NCBI GenBank assembly: GCA_050575255.1
Contig: JBNZDD010013714.1
Span: forward strand, 8,121,681-8,185,680
Length of the DNA: 64,000 nt
Source of the DNA: Harriotta raleighana
Taxonomy: Eukaryota
Reading direction: 5' to 3'
The notes under the pieces were generated by a model. It was given only the letters and a program-made list of their open reading frames with translations, ran no database searches and was not told the DNA's origin. Both the position numbers and the translations under genes were made by a program. Of the stretch, positions 1-13,500 are shown piece after piece. Each line of letters starts with the position of its first letter. The stretch's first letter is position 1.

Positions 1-29
1 TGTGAAGGAAGTCACAGAGATAACAATCA

Positions 30-210
30 CCACCAGACAGAAATAGGAGTCTTATGGTATAATCAGATTTTGTGATTATAATTGAGGAACTTAAGCCCCT
101 AAAGCGACCAAACAAAATTGTAGTTAGCCGTAGGCCATTGATAGAGGATTAAATGTGTTTGCATCGTTACCAACAGTATCTAAGGAAGTCATGATTGACC
201 TCTTTATGCC
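30..210 (+). mobile_element. Degraded CR1 LINE ORF2 fragment
   Basis: Frameshifted translation gives E-I-G-V-L..NQ, ..AIDRG.. and SKEVMIDLF, resembling the CR1 post-RT segment (DLGV..D..L / ..IARG..YKSKEVM..LY). Contains stops. Confidence 0.4.
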
Positions 211-1011
211 CCAAAGAAATAAAAATTACTTGTGAACTGGGACCTGTTATCTTACTTTACATACAGCTATTGAAGATAAAGTGGAAAATTGTATATAAAG
301 TGGTGGTGGGGTGTCACTCCTCGCTCTATGTCCCAGATTAGAACCCAAGATATGTTCTCTGTTCTTTTCAAACAAATGTAAGAATCTAACACTGGCACGT
401 ACTTTCCTCTGAACATAAGTCATCAGAATTTTCTTTGTCATTTAATATGCTGTGATTGTATCTCACATTTTCTGCGACGCCAACTCAGAAGGTAAACATT
501 CACATCAGCTTGTTTCCTCTGCACACCATAATAGGCATTATTTTAAACTCACTTTGGTACAACACACACAGCGTACTGGTTTCAATTTGAATTCCTATTT
601 ACGCAGGCTTACTGTGAATTGAACCAGTTCCACTTTAGAATAAACAAATGATTGGCACCCTCTCGTCCTGAAAAATAATAATCACAAACCTTTATGTGTC
701 ATATTGATGCGCATTTGTCTGGATAAAACTACTTATGAAATGGAAACCTGGAGACTCCTGGGAAAGGCTTCCGTGCCCACTGGTGCTGATTTACATTTGT
801 ACGTCCATTTTCTTACGGTTTCGGATTAAAAACTGTAAAGTATTGATTCCGTTTGATTTCATTCGCATATTAGATTCCAATCTTCTATGAAATTCCATAC
901 TGTCTACTTCGAGGCAACCGATGACAGTAATCTGTCTTCAGCACATCTTGAAGTTTATGGACACAAAAAAAACATTTTGTTCATTTAATCCAAAATTTGA
1001 TGATAATCTAC

Positions 1012-1092
1012 GACAATCCTTGCATTTGGTATAGCACCTTTCACGTAGGGTTGATGTCTCAAAGCCCTTCACAGGAATTCACTGTAAAGTGT
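1012..1092 (-). mobile_element. 5'-truncated SINE/L2 3' tail
   Basis: Reverse complement reads ..cactttacagtgaattcctgtgaagggctttgagacatc..gtgaaaggtgctataccaaatgcaaggattgt, matching the tail of the full SINEs at 2578 and 37645. Confidence 0.75.
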
Positions 1093-2577
1093 CGTACAGT
1101 ACTATATATTTTGATAGTGAATGCCTGTGGAACAAGGATCTGAAACTATTGGTCAGATTTCAAACTGGGGTGAAGCTTGGTTGTCACAAAGTTGCACAGA
1201 TGTTGAACTACTGCATTTCAGTGCGTCGCACGGCATATATCCACTGTTAGTTGGGTAAAAACTAAAAGTTCAATCTGCAGACTTTCTTTCACCCCTCACT
1301 CCACTACCCTGCCACCCCCACCTCGCTTATGTGGTTCGCTTTGAAGTCCTCATTCCCTATCTGTCATCTTTTAAAAGGAGGGTCATGTAGTGCACCACTC
1401 AATTGATATTTTTTCTACCGGCTTGAACGAGGCAGGAAGGAATGTTATGAGTGGTTGATAGAAATTGTCAAAAACCTGCATTCCATGAATTCATATGGTG
1501 AAATATTATTCCAAGACTGAAACACAGTCTATCTTAAGCAGATGGTCTGATAAGTATATCTATTTGCAACAGTAACATTATGTAAAAACCGCACATTCCG
1601 AATGCCTGTTGAGTGACAAACCCGATTGCCACATCTTTTTATTAGCTTATCAGTCATTCACAGTGAAATATTCACGATAATTTTCTGTTGCATATATTTG
1701 CCCACTTTTAATTAGAATGGAAGAGTTCTGACAACAAAGCATTTTGTACAGTTTATTTCTGATGGTTGCTGAAATTTGGCAAGTTCCACAAATAACAGAA
1801 GTCATGCAGCATGTTCCACAGAAGGTGACTGTGTGTGATTTGGGCTGTAAACATGGCAAGATGCATAATCTGGGGAAAAAATTGACAACTAAAATTATTC
1901 CATTAACAGCAATGAAGGCAGTGTGTGCAAACAGAAAGCGGTTTTGCATTTTTAATTTCTGTTCAGTGAAGTGGATCTTTGCACTGGGTCCTGCTCCGTG
2001 AAAGCTATTGCTGTGCTGCAATCTGGATTTGTGTTTCCTCCATATTCTCTGCCTCTAATTTACCCCCACTTAAGTCCTTCTACCCTCTAACCCATGACAA
2101 CTGGATCCGAATCTGTTCTCGCTCATTGCAATCTGTACTCCTAGCAGGAATCATTGGAGGGCATCAATCTTAGTTAAACTCTGGTACTGTCTGAAATCAG
2201 TAATTCGACACAACCTGAAGCCAAATTATATACCTCATTACTAACTTGCACATAATGGTGTATTTCACCACCAGTACATGTTTATTCTTAATTTAAAATT
2301 CAAGGCATTCCTCCTACCTCCAGTTTCATGTTAATAATCAGCTGTGCAGTACTGGTATCTGATTTTCAAGTTGGTTTATATCATTCAAATGTTGACACAA
2401 TGTAATATAAGCGGTATTCTTACGACTTCAGTTCACATTTTCCAAATCTGGAAAAAACATTTGGATATATTGTTGGGTGTGACTTATGGTACTAATTATC
2501 CAGACAAGATGTGCTGGGCACAAACATATAAGCTCAGTCATCTCTATTTTATAACGAACCATAACCATAAACTTCAT

Positions 2578-2875
2578 GGTCCTGTAGCTCAGTGGTTAGA
2601 GCACTCGCCTCACAAGCGAGAGACCTGGGTTTGATACACAGCAGGGTAAAACCTTGGGCAAATTTCTTTACCCCAAATGATAATAATGCCTGAAGGAAAA
2701 AAACCAACAATAATAAATCCATGACTGTTTGTGTGACACCGCTGTGTGCAATTGGCTGCTGTATTTCGCTCACAAATGTACAGTCAATTCAGTTTACAAT
2801 ATATTCTGTGAGGAGCTTTGAAATGTCTTGAAAATGTGAAAAGTACTATATCAAATGCAAGTATTATTATTATAA
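2578..2875 (+). mobile_element. Full-length tRNA-derived SINE (Val-CAC-like head, L2-type tail)
   Basis: Head ggtcctgtagctcagtggttagagca (A box), anticodon arm ctcgc-ctCACaa-gcgag, degenerate B box gggtttgatac. Body and tail tgtgaggagctttgaaatgtct..gtgaaaagtactatatcaaatgcaag(tat)n. Homologous copies at 37645 and 44557. Confidence 0.9.
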
Positions 2876-3442
2876 TGTGAATATTTATGTTTGCACACTG
2901 ACCAGTTGTGGTCGGAACTGAGAAGTGGATTGAAATCAGCTAAATTCATTCCACATTGAACTGTCACAGCTGATTAGCTGACGCGTCTACAACCAGAAGG
3001 GAAATCACGTAAAAGCATAGTTCCCCCCAGTTAAAAAAAAAGACACTCACATTGTCCAAACCCTAGTGATGCAGAAATAAAACACACACTAATTTCCCAT
3101 AAGGACATCACAATATTTCCAAACGGTAATGTCTCATGATATGTAAACTCATCACAAGTACTGCTGCTGTTCCTCTGGTGTGGTAATTGTACATTATTAG
3201 AAAATGGATTGAGATGGTAATAATGAAACCTTTTTACAGTGACAAAGGAGGTTACATTTTCCATCAATAGTTTTAAGATTAATTGCATTCTGCAACATTA
3301 CAATTGTCAACGTAACATAATTATTGGAAATAATTGTACCCATAAAAATATTGCTGTATATCTAATTTCCAGTGACACATCAATTGATACTACAGAATTG
3401 TCTGAGACTTTCTGAACAAATTATTTCCTTGGAAGTAAATGT

Positions 3443-3560
3443 AATAATAATAATTCTTGCATTTGATATAGTCTCTTCTCACGTCTTTGAGGCATTTCAA
3501 AATGCTTCACAGAATATATACTCTTAAGTGAATTAACTGTATATTTTGTAGGCACAATAT
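3443..3560 (-). mobile_element. 5'-truncated SINE 3' tail
   Basis: (aat)n followed by cttgcatttgatatag..tttcaaaatgcttcacagaatata, the reverse complement of the same tail. Confidence 0.8.
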
Positions 3561-3989
3561 ACTGCCAATTTTGGTAGTCGTTCAGTTTAGGGTTTGGGAC
3601 ATTAATGTATTGGTCATAAGGCAGGATTGCAGGAAAGGAGCCAGGCTTTTTTGCTACAGCATCAAGTTTAGAGTTAGAGGAGACAGATTGAGCCAAAGAG
3701 GTCAGACACATTTTTTCGCTTCTAGCAAAATTAATAACTGAACTATCTTTCAGGAGAAAGGAATAGTGAAAAGGAGGATTTAGAGAGGCAACTTTGCCAG
3801 ACAAATAGACAACCATTGTCTTCCTGCCACTGAAAATGGTTTTTGAGCAGATCTAATAAAGAACCTGCAAAATTGTCAGCCTTCATGCTGTATGCGATAG
3901 GCAAAGTTTCCATGCGGTATAAATAATCTTCCATGAGTTCAACCACTCGAGCCCTTGCAAGATTAAAAAGGTGAAAGTATCACTGAATC

Positions 3990-4645
3990 GAAGGGAACAA
4001 AGGGTATCATGTGGTGGTTCCCATCGCAGAATGTCCTGACACCCAAAGAAATCCTTACACAGCAGAGCGCTGATGGCATGAGTGACATGGTTGTTGGAGT
4101 AGTCTGAAGTAGGTTGGTAGGTATTTGCTTGGTATGACATTGCCTGATTCGCATTATGTGATATGATAATGTCTCCTTGCATAGTATGTGCACAAGCACT
4201 TTGTAGTAAGTGTCATGAAAACACTGCAGTGATGTTAGGGCATTTAGCACTAAAGTTCAGTACCAAATGAGTGCACTAACAATGTCCGATCTGCTCTCTG
4301 CACAGAACAATGAGAGTAACTGATGTAACCCAAGAGCACCAACCAACTTCCCCAATCCCCACAAACCCAATAACATCCGCTGCATGGTATTTAGGTAACA
4401 TGTAAAAACACTGAATAAGTGTCTGGACACTGACTGATGAAACAGGAGTTGCAATGGTGGAGCGTGACGAGCGAACAGCAGGTACAGAGTAAGTTCACAG
4501 CAGGCTGAGAATTACACCTGTGGAGAATGGGCGCCAGCCTTTTGTGAGACTGGTTTGAAACAGAAGCTGATGTTACATGAGAGTCTGGGCAGAGAAACTG
4601 CATGTCTCTACTCATACTATTTTGGGAGATCCACTGCATGGTGTG
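3990..4645 (+). mobile_element. Possible fossil Tc1/mariner transposase fragment
   Basis: Ordered, frameshifted motifs: EQR..TPKEI (3995-4053), GHLALKFSTK*VH (~WVPH, 4238-4276), TDET (4433-4444), LILFWEIHCMV (~VFWD..GV, 4611-4643). Motif spacing is imperfect. Confidence 0.35.
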
Positions 4646-4838
4646 GAAGAGTCTAACACTCAGACGTGTGAGAACATCTCTTGATGAGTTAGTAAGAAGA
4701 TAGATTTCTTTTAGGAAATAACTTTATGGGATTTAGTACGTAGTTCGGAACGTACGTGCATGCGACCACCAGGAAGGTGGAAGGCTAATTGGCCTTTTTT
4801 TCATCTAGAATTTTGTATGTTCTTATGTTCCTATGTTG
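4645..4838 (+). mobile_element. CR1 LINE 3' end
   Basis: Ends in aggctaattggccttttt..gtatgttcttatgttcctatgtt, a CR1-type 3' UTR with a short terminal tandem repeat. Confidence 0.65.
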
Positions 4839-4879
4839 TGGTTAGCTCCAATGTTCTCAGTATTGAGAGAAAATAATTC

Positions 4880-4997
4880 TGAAGGGGATTCAGGTGTTCC
4901 CATTCAGATGTCCAAAATTTTAAATGGGATTGAGAAAGTAAATCCAGATCAATACTTTAGGATGTATCGTGACAGTAAAACAAGAGGATCTTGTAGG
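4880..4997 (+). mobile_element. CR1 ORF2 C-terminal fragment
   Basis: Translates to IQMSKILNGIEKVNPDQYFRMYRDSKTRG, typical of the CR1 ORF2 C-terminus (RGDLI.V.KI..G...V....F......TRGH). Confidence 0.8.
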
Positions 4998-5852
4998 TTC
5001 TTTCCAAAAAAATGTTTTTAAAGAACTAGCGTTTTGTAATTCAGTACATTATCTCAGTACATCTCAAAGTGCCTCAAAGGAAATCACTGTGGAGTGGAGT
5101 AACTTATTTTTAGGAAGTTCAGCAGCCATTTGTGCCCCACTTAACAGCATGAAGTGAATTATCAATTAGCCTGTACGATTGATGGTCAGGGCGTTGTGAC
5201 GGAAAGAAATATGAATGCAACTTTACTCTGAATGTCCAAAGTCCAGAGTCAAACAAAATGAGCTGAATTGGCTAAATTGTGCCAAAAAAATTGGTTATTA
5301 AGATTCTGGCAGGACCTGTCTGCCGTCTGCTGTGGCTGCTCTGCTGGTGGCTGTTTCGCAGAGCTGAATAAACTCACTGAATAAACTCGCTGAGCCATCG
5401 GGGGAGCAGGACTGACAATTATAAGGACAGGCATAGACATAGTCAGTCAAATACTGTGTGGAACACTATTGTTCCAGCCTGTGGGGACCATGGAAACATC
5501 TTGTGTGGAATACAACCAGCCAGGGTTGGATTATGTAGATTGTAATGTTACATTGATATACTTTGGTTTTACTTAAGTACATTCAGGGGCCAGGGAGAAA
5601 GTTTGTGGAGTTTTCGTTTTTGGAAGTTTTATGTGAAGTTATCCACCTATTTCAGTAGATTAAATTAAATCAGAGACATACATTGCTGGACCATCTGGTT
5701 GGGAGGGGGGGGGGGGGAGGTTGGGCTGGGTTCAGTGACTTCTATTTGTTCTGAACTTTCTTATAATCTGAAGATCTTGAATGTTCCAGTTTTTAAATCC
5801 GAGCAAAAGCCCTTGGTCCTTAAAGCAGCAGAACATTTCTATTTACAAATGA

Positions 5853-5932
5853 ATTCACAAAGAATGTACAGCACTGAGACAGGCTGCTTGACCCAACCAG
5901 TCCGTGCTGGCGTTTATACTTTACACAAGTCT
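5853..5932 (-). mobile_element. CR1 3' end
   Basis: aagaatgtacagcactgagacaggctgcttgacccaaccagtccgtgctggcgttta is the reverse complement of the 3' UTR seen at 15045-15105. Confidence 0.75.
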
Positions 5933-7099
5933 AATTTACCACACTTAGATGCTATAACATAATTCCCTGGCACAAGAGAGACGAAACTGTTATCTCTTTT
6001 CTGCTAATTTTAAGTTTTACCTTTATGTGCTTTAAACGTAATGTGCCACAGACTGCAGTGGAACACAGGCTTACATCCACCTTAACAATGATTTTAACCC
6101 TTTCCCTTATAAGCCAGTTAGAATTTTCTTTAAAAAATGCTAAATACATGCTCCCCTAATTCTGCCCTAGCTGAAGTGCTGCTTAACAGTTTCTTTAGCT
6201 CGCATTGGGACTAGATACAGTTGTTAAAAGCTGTTGTGCATACTCCATTTTCAGTTTATTTTCTTAAATGTTTTGTTAAATTGTTTCCTACAGTATATAA
6301 TTGTGAAATAAAAGTGCCTTCACTGTTTCATTTAATTTTTTACTTGTTCAACCTCAAAACAAATGCAAAGTCAAGCATGGCATACTGATCTGGTGTGAGG
6401 GTTAGTGTCACTGTCAACTGTTCCTGTGTTTGGCACTGAATTGTATGCAGTCCAGGAAGTCAGGTCAGGCCGAGCTCTTGCAATATAACCTCCAAGATCC
6501 ACTTCCCCATTCATTATTCTTTTTGTAAGAAAATTATGCGGTGATTTAAAAATGATAAATTATTGTTTGCAAGCAATGGAATTCTTTCTTTTTTTTGGTC
6601 ATCTTTAGCAAGCAATCTGCCAATCACCTCCTGCTCAGCAATCTGCCACATATTGTAGAATTCTACCCTGCTATTAAGTATGAATTATGTTGATTGGGCA
6701 AAAAAAAACATAGGTGCGGTTAAACTCCTGTTTAAGTGTCTAACAAAATCTGAGAGACTTCTGGAAATGACTCGGCTAGCAATCTATTTGCAAGAATCTT
6801 GATTAGTCACAAAGTATTCCCTGCACCTCACTATAATGTAACTTCTACTGTTTTATATGCTTGTGGCATTGAGTTTTGTATGTCTGTGTATCCGAAATCT
6901 TTGTGATCAGTATTTCAGTTCTGGATGACAGGATGTGTACTGTACTTCAAAAAGGCTTGAGCAATGAAAGTGAGAAATTTCATTGCCTTTGTAATCAGTT
7001 GCAACACCTTCGTTTCTCAAATATGTAAGAGTGACGTACGACGTTAAAACATTAATGTGAAATCACTTCAAATCCATAGGACCAACATACCTCTGGCTG

Positions 7100-7460
7100 C
7101 CTGTTCAAAGACATGGTAATACAAGTTGCAACTGTACTAGACTAACTAGACTAATACAGGCTGTAAAGTACAGTAGAAGCATCTATGGGAATGATCCCAA
7201 CGCTTCCATGGAAGTGTTGGGGTCAGATCGCTAACAGTACGGGGAATATTTATAGGAAACCTATACATGGCAATTGGGAAAACTCAAGTTGGAGTCATTC
7301 AGTGATATTTCTGTACTATCCTATAATACTGACTACTGTATGTGAGAGACTGAGGTAATTGTGATAGAGAATCAGAGATTCCATGGCCTGATGCCGGTGC
7401 AGAAGATTGAGTGAGGAAGCTATCCACATTCAAGCTCATAGAGCATTGGAAGTGTAAAGC
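7100..7460 (+). mobile_element. Highly degraded CR1 ORF2 remnant
   Basis: gagagactgaggtaattgtgatagag resembles RLRGDLIE; upstream segments resemble CR1 C-terminal coding. Many stops and indels. Confidence 0.3.
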
Positions 7461-10431
7461 TAAGTTAACTGATGTTCATTTTGGAGTTTGTCATCCTTCA
7501 ATTATTCTTAAAATAAATGATCAGTTGTCTAAAATCACAACAGTCCAATGCTCTGCAATAGGCAACAAAAAACTAAACTGAAAAGTCAATTAGGAGTATT
7601 GTGAATGCAAATATCTGTATGAAAATAACAGCACTGACTCGCTGAGCTAAAAACTGGGCAATGAGACCTTCAGGCACCTGTCTCCCTCCTTAACTCCATA
7701 TTAAGGGAGTTTCGCTTCAATTTATTTCTTTTATTAATTTCTCAGAACCTTTTGGGGCAAAATATAGCAAAATTCCATCTTTGCGCAAATGTCCTTTCTC
7801 AATAACAATAACGGGCTATTTTCTCCCTGTGAGCATTTTTGACATCTGTTCTTGAGGGCAAAGAATGCCAAACGGAGCACTAAATGTGGAGGAATCGATC
7901 CTCAGCTCCACCAGCCCCGTTTAAGCAAGCTAGCAACGCAGTGTAACATTTCGGGAACATTTCCAAGGTCAAATTGATCATGCCTATTTTCCCGCAGGTC
8001 GTGATCAATCTAATTTCATCAAAATTACCAGCCATAGGAATGCCGGGGCCAATCTTCCTGTTTTTTCATTAAAAAAAACAAATTTACTTTTGAAGGCTTC
8101 AAAAAAAAGTTTGTATCCATCTGCTTGTTCAGACACTCATGGCGCCTATTCACTGCAAAAATAATACACGTTCTAATGACTTCCACATATTTTTGAAATC
8201 TCCCTTTTGAAATTGTTCTTGGCAGATTATTTGCAGGTACTTGAGTTGCATCTGTTTGTAATTTTGCAAATGCGGAAGGCTTTAATGTTGAGGGCTGTGA
8301 GAAGACTATTTTAATCCTCAAATAACATTGGCTGTCATCAAAAGCCACATTTATCTTTCAGAAGGCGGAGTGAATGTTTAATGTTAAAAAGACAGTAAAA
8401 GTTCAGGGTCAAGGTTGAGATCTGCACATTTTTCTTTCACAATATTGTGCCTGCTGCTTGTCGGCCTTGCATTTCTTTGCTACTCCTCTCATTTCACAGT
8501 GCCTCCTAAATGGAGGATGTTTTGCTGATAAACCAAGATCAGGAGGTGAGTAAAGCTGCAATAATTGTACTTCAATCTACTGTTACGCTTATTGCTACCA
8601 TGTGCCTAGCAGCTGACCAACTTAAGCTGTTTTTCTTTTAAACTTTTAATACTGAACTGACTTATCCTACATGGATTTAAAGGGCAGCTTTCTCTACATT
8701 CTATAATTTTGGAGGTGATTGCTTTTAAATCAATTAGATTTGATACGAAATAAAGTTATTTAAATGATCCTTAAACACCGAATATAAACCCCAGCTTTCA
8801 GAAATGACACAGTTAAAAAGGTACAGTCTTCAACTTTTGCACAATTTGAAAGGTTTATTTAAACAGTAATGTTAGAAGATTATTTTGAGGCAAGTCGAAA
8901 GAACCGAGACATAACTAACTACATCTTGAGTCCTTATTAAGCTCTTTTCATGCATATTGAACTCAAATCAGTCTGTTTAATGGTGACTCCTAAAGCTAAA
9001 AGGCCACCCATCTCGGAGTCTCTGGAGATGATGAACCCGGCAAGTGAATGCTTTCTTAAATGATGCTAATCAGTCCAGAGACGCCTGGCCTGTATCCCTG
9101 TCAGTATTCTGTAATTCACTTGAGCTGATAACCTAGAATTGAATGTGTCAGTATGTTGCCTTGTAAGTAGGGAGAAAAGAATACAGGAAAGAGAAAGGAG
9201 GAGGTTAATTTAACACTGAGTCTTAGCCATGAGAAAGTTGTGAGCAAAAGCGCTAATAATAGCTGTGATGTATTTATAGTGAATTATGTATTTTGCCTTT
9301 GTGCATAATAAGGGGCCATTTTAATAAACATGCCCCTGACACAGAGAAGTTCTCCATGTAATAAGCAGAGGGTGAATTCTACTTTTTCCATGCTGACAAT
9401 CTGCAGAGGGAATGCATCTATGTACCGAAAGGTATTTAGAAATGCAACTTCATAGTTGTCAGATTTTATTATACAAGGAGGTGTCATGTTTGTTACAACA
9501 CTGAGTACAGATGGCAGAGTGGAAGAAATGGATCACTAATTTTAAAAATGATTAATGAACGAAGCTGGAATATGAATTAGAAAGGATGATTGGGAGCACG
9601 AGTGGCTTTATGCAAAAATCCTTGTTCTCTTCTGCCGAGTGTCATGCAATGAAGTGATGGTTTTTGACACGATTAGGTTATAGGCATCTGGAGTTTTAAT
9701 CTCACAGTGGATTTATCGGGAGATGGGTGGTCAAGGTGAAAGCATTGATTGATATTGATAGATTTCAAGCTATTTGCGGGGATTTCTTATTAGTTATCAT
9801 CTTGATTTTAGCTGGAAAACATTTCCCACTGTTGTGCTGGTCACACAGTAAAAATCTTTGGCATGAATGGCAGTCGTGCAATTGTAACAGTGCCACAGCA
9901 TGATACAGTTAGATTCGATAAGAATAAGTTGGACCAGTAACTCTTCACTGTTACATTGCCCATGTTGAGGACATCAGCATGTTTCAAACGATGATTGATC
10001 ACGAGAGAATTAATGGTAAACAACTTCAATGTGATCAGCATCAGATCATCACTGCAAGCATAAAGCAAGCTGCATTTTAAAATCTGTGGCTCAAATTTGA
10101 CGAGATGCACACAGATAGACATGCTGGTTCACCTGGTGATTTGTAAGGTGCCGCTGAGCAGAAAGTTAAGTTGCTCGACAGTGTTAAAGACAAACGCCAG
10201 ACTTTAATAATGTGTTACAGTGTCACGGTAATCAGAGGACAATGGGGGGCTCAATAACACAAGGAGTGGTGCACCTGTCACCCAAAGACCTAGTCGCAGA
10301 TTTAACTGCCCGTCACTTAAAGAGGAATTCTAGTACTACATTGGAATTTCTTCGATCCAAGATGAGTTTCGAGTATTTCATTTCTTTCTGGCAATTATTT
10401 TTCTTTCTCTTAGTGAAACCCAAATATACAA

Positions 10432-10531
10432 ATACATAGTCACTGCACTTTCTCGGAAACTCCAGTAAACTTATTCAGAACGTTTCGATGACGTGTTAAG
10501 GCACCATATCAAATGCAGGATTATTATTATT
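10432..10531 (+). mobile_element. SINE/L2 3' tail fragment
   Basis: ..acgtgttaaggcaccatatcaaatgcaggattattattatt, a variant of the shared tail. Confidence 0.6.
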
Positions 10532-13500
10532 CCTTTTTTTAAAAAAGAATTAAGACGTTGTTCTTAGTTGAAGCTACCATTTGACAGTGGCCCCAACTTA
10601 ATAGTCCTCTTCACTACTTCTGCCACTCCACTTCCCTTTTGCTTCTGTTTTCAAGGCTTGACTTTAACCTTCTTTACCACTGATCACCCTCCTCCAGGAA
10701 ACTTGCCAGTTAAGCTTGTGTGTCCCTAATTGGCAGAAAGTTTTGTTGGTTTCCAACTAGGCTACTGAATGGAGCACAACATTGGAGTGACGCACATTCT
10801 GTTAGAGGCAGGGGGTGGAGGAGAAATGCTGCTGCAAGTGTAAAATACTTTTTGTTGGCTGATCATGCCTGAGTTGGTGGTAAATTGCTCAGCTTGTGGT
10901 GTTGGAACCCTGGCTGGTGGAATTGAAGGCTGCATATAATGAGGAGTAGCTCTTGAGGGAATTGGAAGGATTTATAGAAGAATGGACGACACTGGAAAAT
11001 ATGACTTGTTATTAAAAAAAAACGAGTTTCTTATTTTCCCCATTAACACTTTTACTCTACTCTTCTACAATAAGCAGATTGTGAATTATTTGGACTTGTG
11101 AAAGCTACACCAAGTCAGTGGCATGTCCCAACCTCCCCTCCATCACCATAGATTATATCACTTTGACAAAGCATCCAACCAAGTCAATTGAAAAGTGCTG
11201 AAGCTCGATGCTGTCTGGGTTTGCTGAACAACTTGCAAGCATTGCCGGTACCCAATAGTAAAATAAAAAGAGAAACTAATGGTGCATGGCCATTGCTTAG
11301 GTTATGTATGGTATCTGTGTATCTCCAACAATGAAAAAAACGTACACATTCTGCTGCTTTGCGGACAAGGAGGGAAAAAACTCCTGGGAGCCAATTTGGA
11401 AAGTGACTTAAGGCAAGCAAAGCTTTTTGTGTCTGTTTCTTTTGGCACAGTGTAGAAATAGCAGCGGTGATTGGAATTCCCCAGCAAGCACAAAGGGTGG
11501 CCTGCATCGAGACCTGCATCTGTGCAGATTTGTGCAGTGAGCTGCTCTCACTTGCTGTAACCAGCTGGGTATATGTAAGGGACGTTACACACTGACACCA
11601 AGCTGAGGAAAGCACCTCTCACAATTCCACTGATCTATTTGTTCCATTATTGTTCTTCTGTTCCCACAGCACTATTCTCCCATTTACTGATTGCTTTCTA
11701 TTCCTTTGCGCTTTGTTGTTTTTCACAGCACTAAGAGATTACAGGCTGTGAAAGCTGTATTTCAGATGTAATCCTTGGCTTCAGAACATCTCGTTCAAGA
11801 TACCCCAGCTTTCTACAAAATGCCTCCTCAACCCTTTTTTGTTTAAAAAATTGTTTATTCTCAGTGTTTGAAGCAACATAAAATAGCAGCATTATCAACT
11901 GTTCTGAAGCTAGTCACAGCAAACCTACAGAACTCCTACTCTTCACTGGAGGACGAGGGTTAACAATGCACTGGCGTGTGTTGGCCACAGAGTGTTAGAT
12001 CTTTTCTTTTTCTTGTTGATCCTTTCAAAGTGAAATATGTATTACTTTGATTAATTATTGAACTGTATGACGTGCTTTGCTTATTTTGTTTTGATGCAGC
12101 CTCTCAAACTACCACGTTAGGTTTTCAGCAGTAAACTTACTTTCAGTTGTAAAATTACACCCGCTTGCAACAGCACAGTTTATGTGACAAATTATTGTAG
12201 TACCAGCCTGCTATCTTCCATCTATCGAAGAAGAATGCAATAAACACAGTCTCAAATGTTCCTTAAACAAAGCTGTTGTTAATGTTAGAAATGGAATGCA
12301 GGGATTTTGTTTTACTTGAGTGAGTGGCCAAAATAGGAGACAAAACAGTTTCTGTGAATGTTCTTCATTGGAGTGGAGCTAGAATGGAGAAGAATGAAGC
12401 TTGTCAGGTTTACCAGGCACGATAAACAGCTGCTGATCGCCTTACTCAAGTATCCAATATTAATCAGAATCCTATGGGATACTTTGGGGTGTTTCGGAAC
12501 AAATGTTGTACGGGGCCAAGTTCTAAATCCCGAGAAAATGTATCTGGTAGGACACCAGAAGTTGTAAACTTCAGTGCATATTTGAGACTGAGCAATTCAG
12601 TGTTGAAACATTAGTCTCATTCTCAGGTCGTGGAAATGTCACTTTGCAGAGACGATGTGATACGCATTCTTATTTAGAAATAGAGAAAAGGTTAACCTAT
12701 CAGGCAGAGCTCCTGCTGATGTTTCATAATTATGGACTAGCACAGGTGATGTGAAGGTACGTACAACACACAAATCAAACTCTTTATAGTCATTGATTTT
12801 AGAATTCAGAATCTGCTCGTTTCTTCAAACAATTGCTGGCCTTTCCGAGACCAATTCCACGGTCTAGACCTAATGAAGGTGGCCACCTTTGATTTAATTG
12901 ATAGGCAAAAATAAGACACCAAAGAACAATCATACTGCATGTGATGTCTTTTCCAAATTGACTCTTGACTGCCAAAGACATCTGCATCAGGAGGAGAACG
13001 GAACTCAAGGAGACAGTGAGAAAACAGAGGTGACACTGTAAACAGGTGCACTCATTATTCGTAAAGATTGTAGCAATATATTTAGAGCTGTTGGAGTGAT
13101 GATAGGTCATGTGGCAGGTAGGTGAGTTATCTATTTGCATCATCTGACTGCTGGATTCTACTGCTGGTACAGATCATTACTTAAAAATGCAGCTCGCCTG
13201 AGCAATTGTGTATGCAGAACTAAGAGTCTAGGTGGCAACACAGTTTTGCTTTTAGGACAAAAACACTTTATCCAGGTTCTTAAATAAGTTGGCTTCTGGT
13301 TTCAGTCCTTCACAAGACCTTTGTCATTGCTAAAATAATAATAACGTTTCTATTTTTTCCAATCATTTTATAAATTTAGATCCATTTATGTGTACATTCT
13401 AAATATTGTAATACCATATAGTTCACCTACAAATAATAGCAATAATAATGCTCACATTGATGCAGTGTCTTTCTCATCGGGAGGACATCTCAAAGCACTG

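Noticed and set aside
2578-2650. tRNA-Val(CAC) gene
   Set aside because: The T arm and B box are degenerate, the acceptor stem does not close properly, and the sequence runs straight into a SINE body repeated elsewhere in the window.
12800-12912. Possible coding exon (..NNCWPFRDQFHGLDLMK..) with a faint bromodomain-like WPF
   Set aside because: Only a 3-residue resemblance, a stop follows shortly, the splice sites are weak and there are no partner exons.
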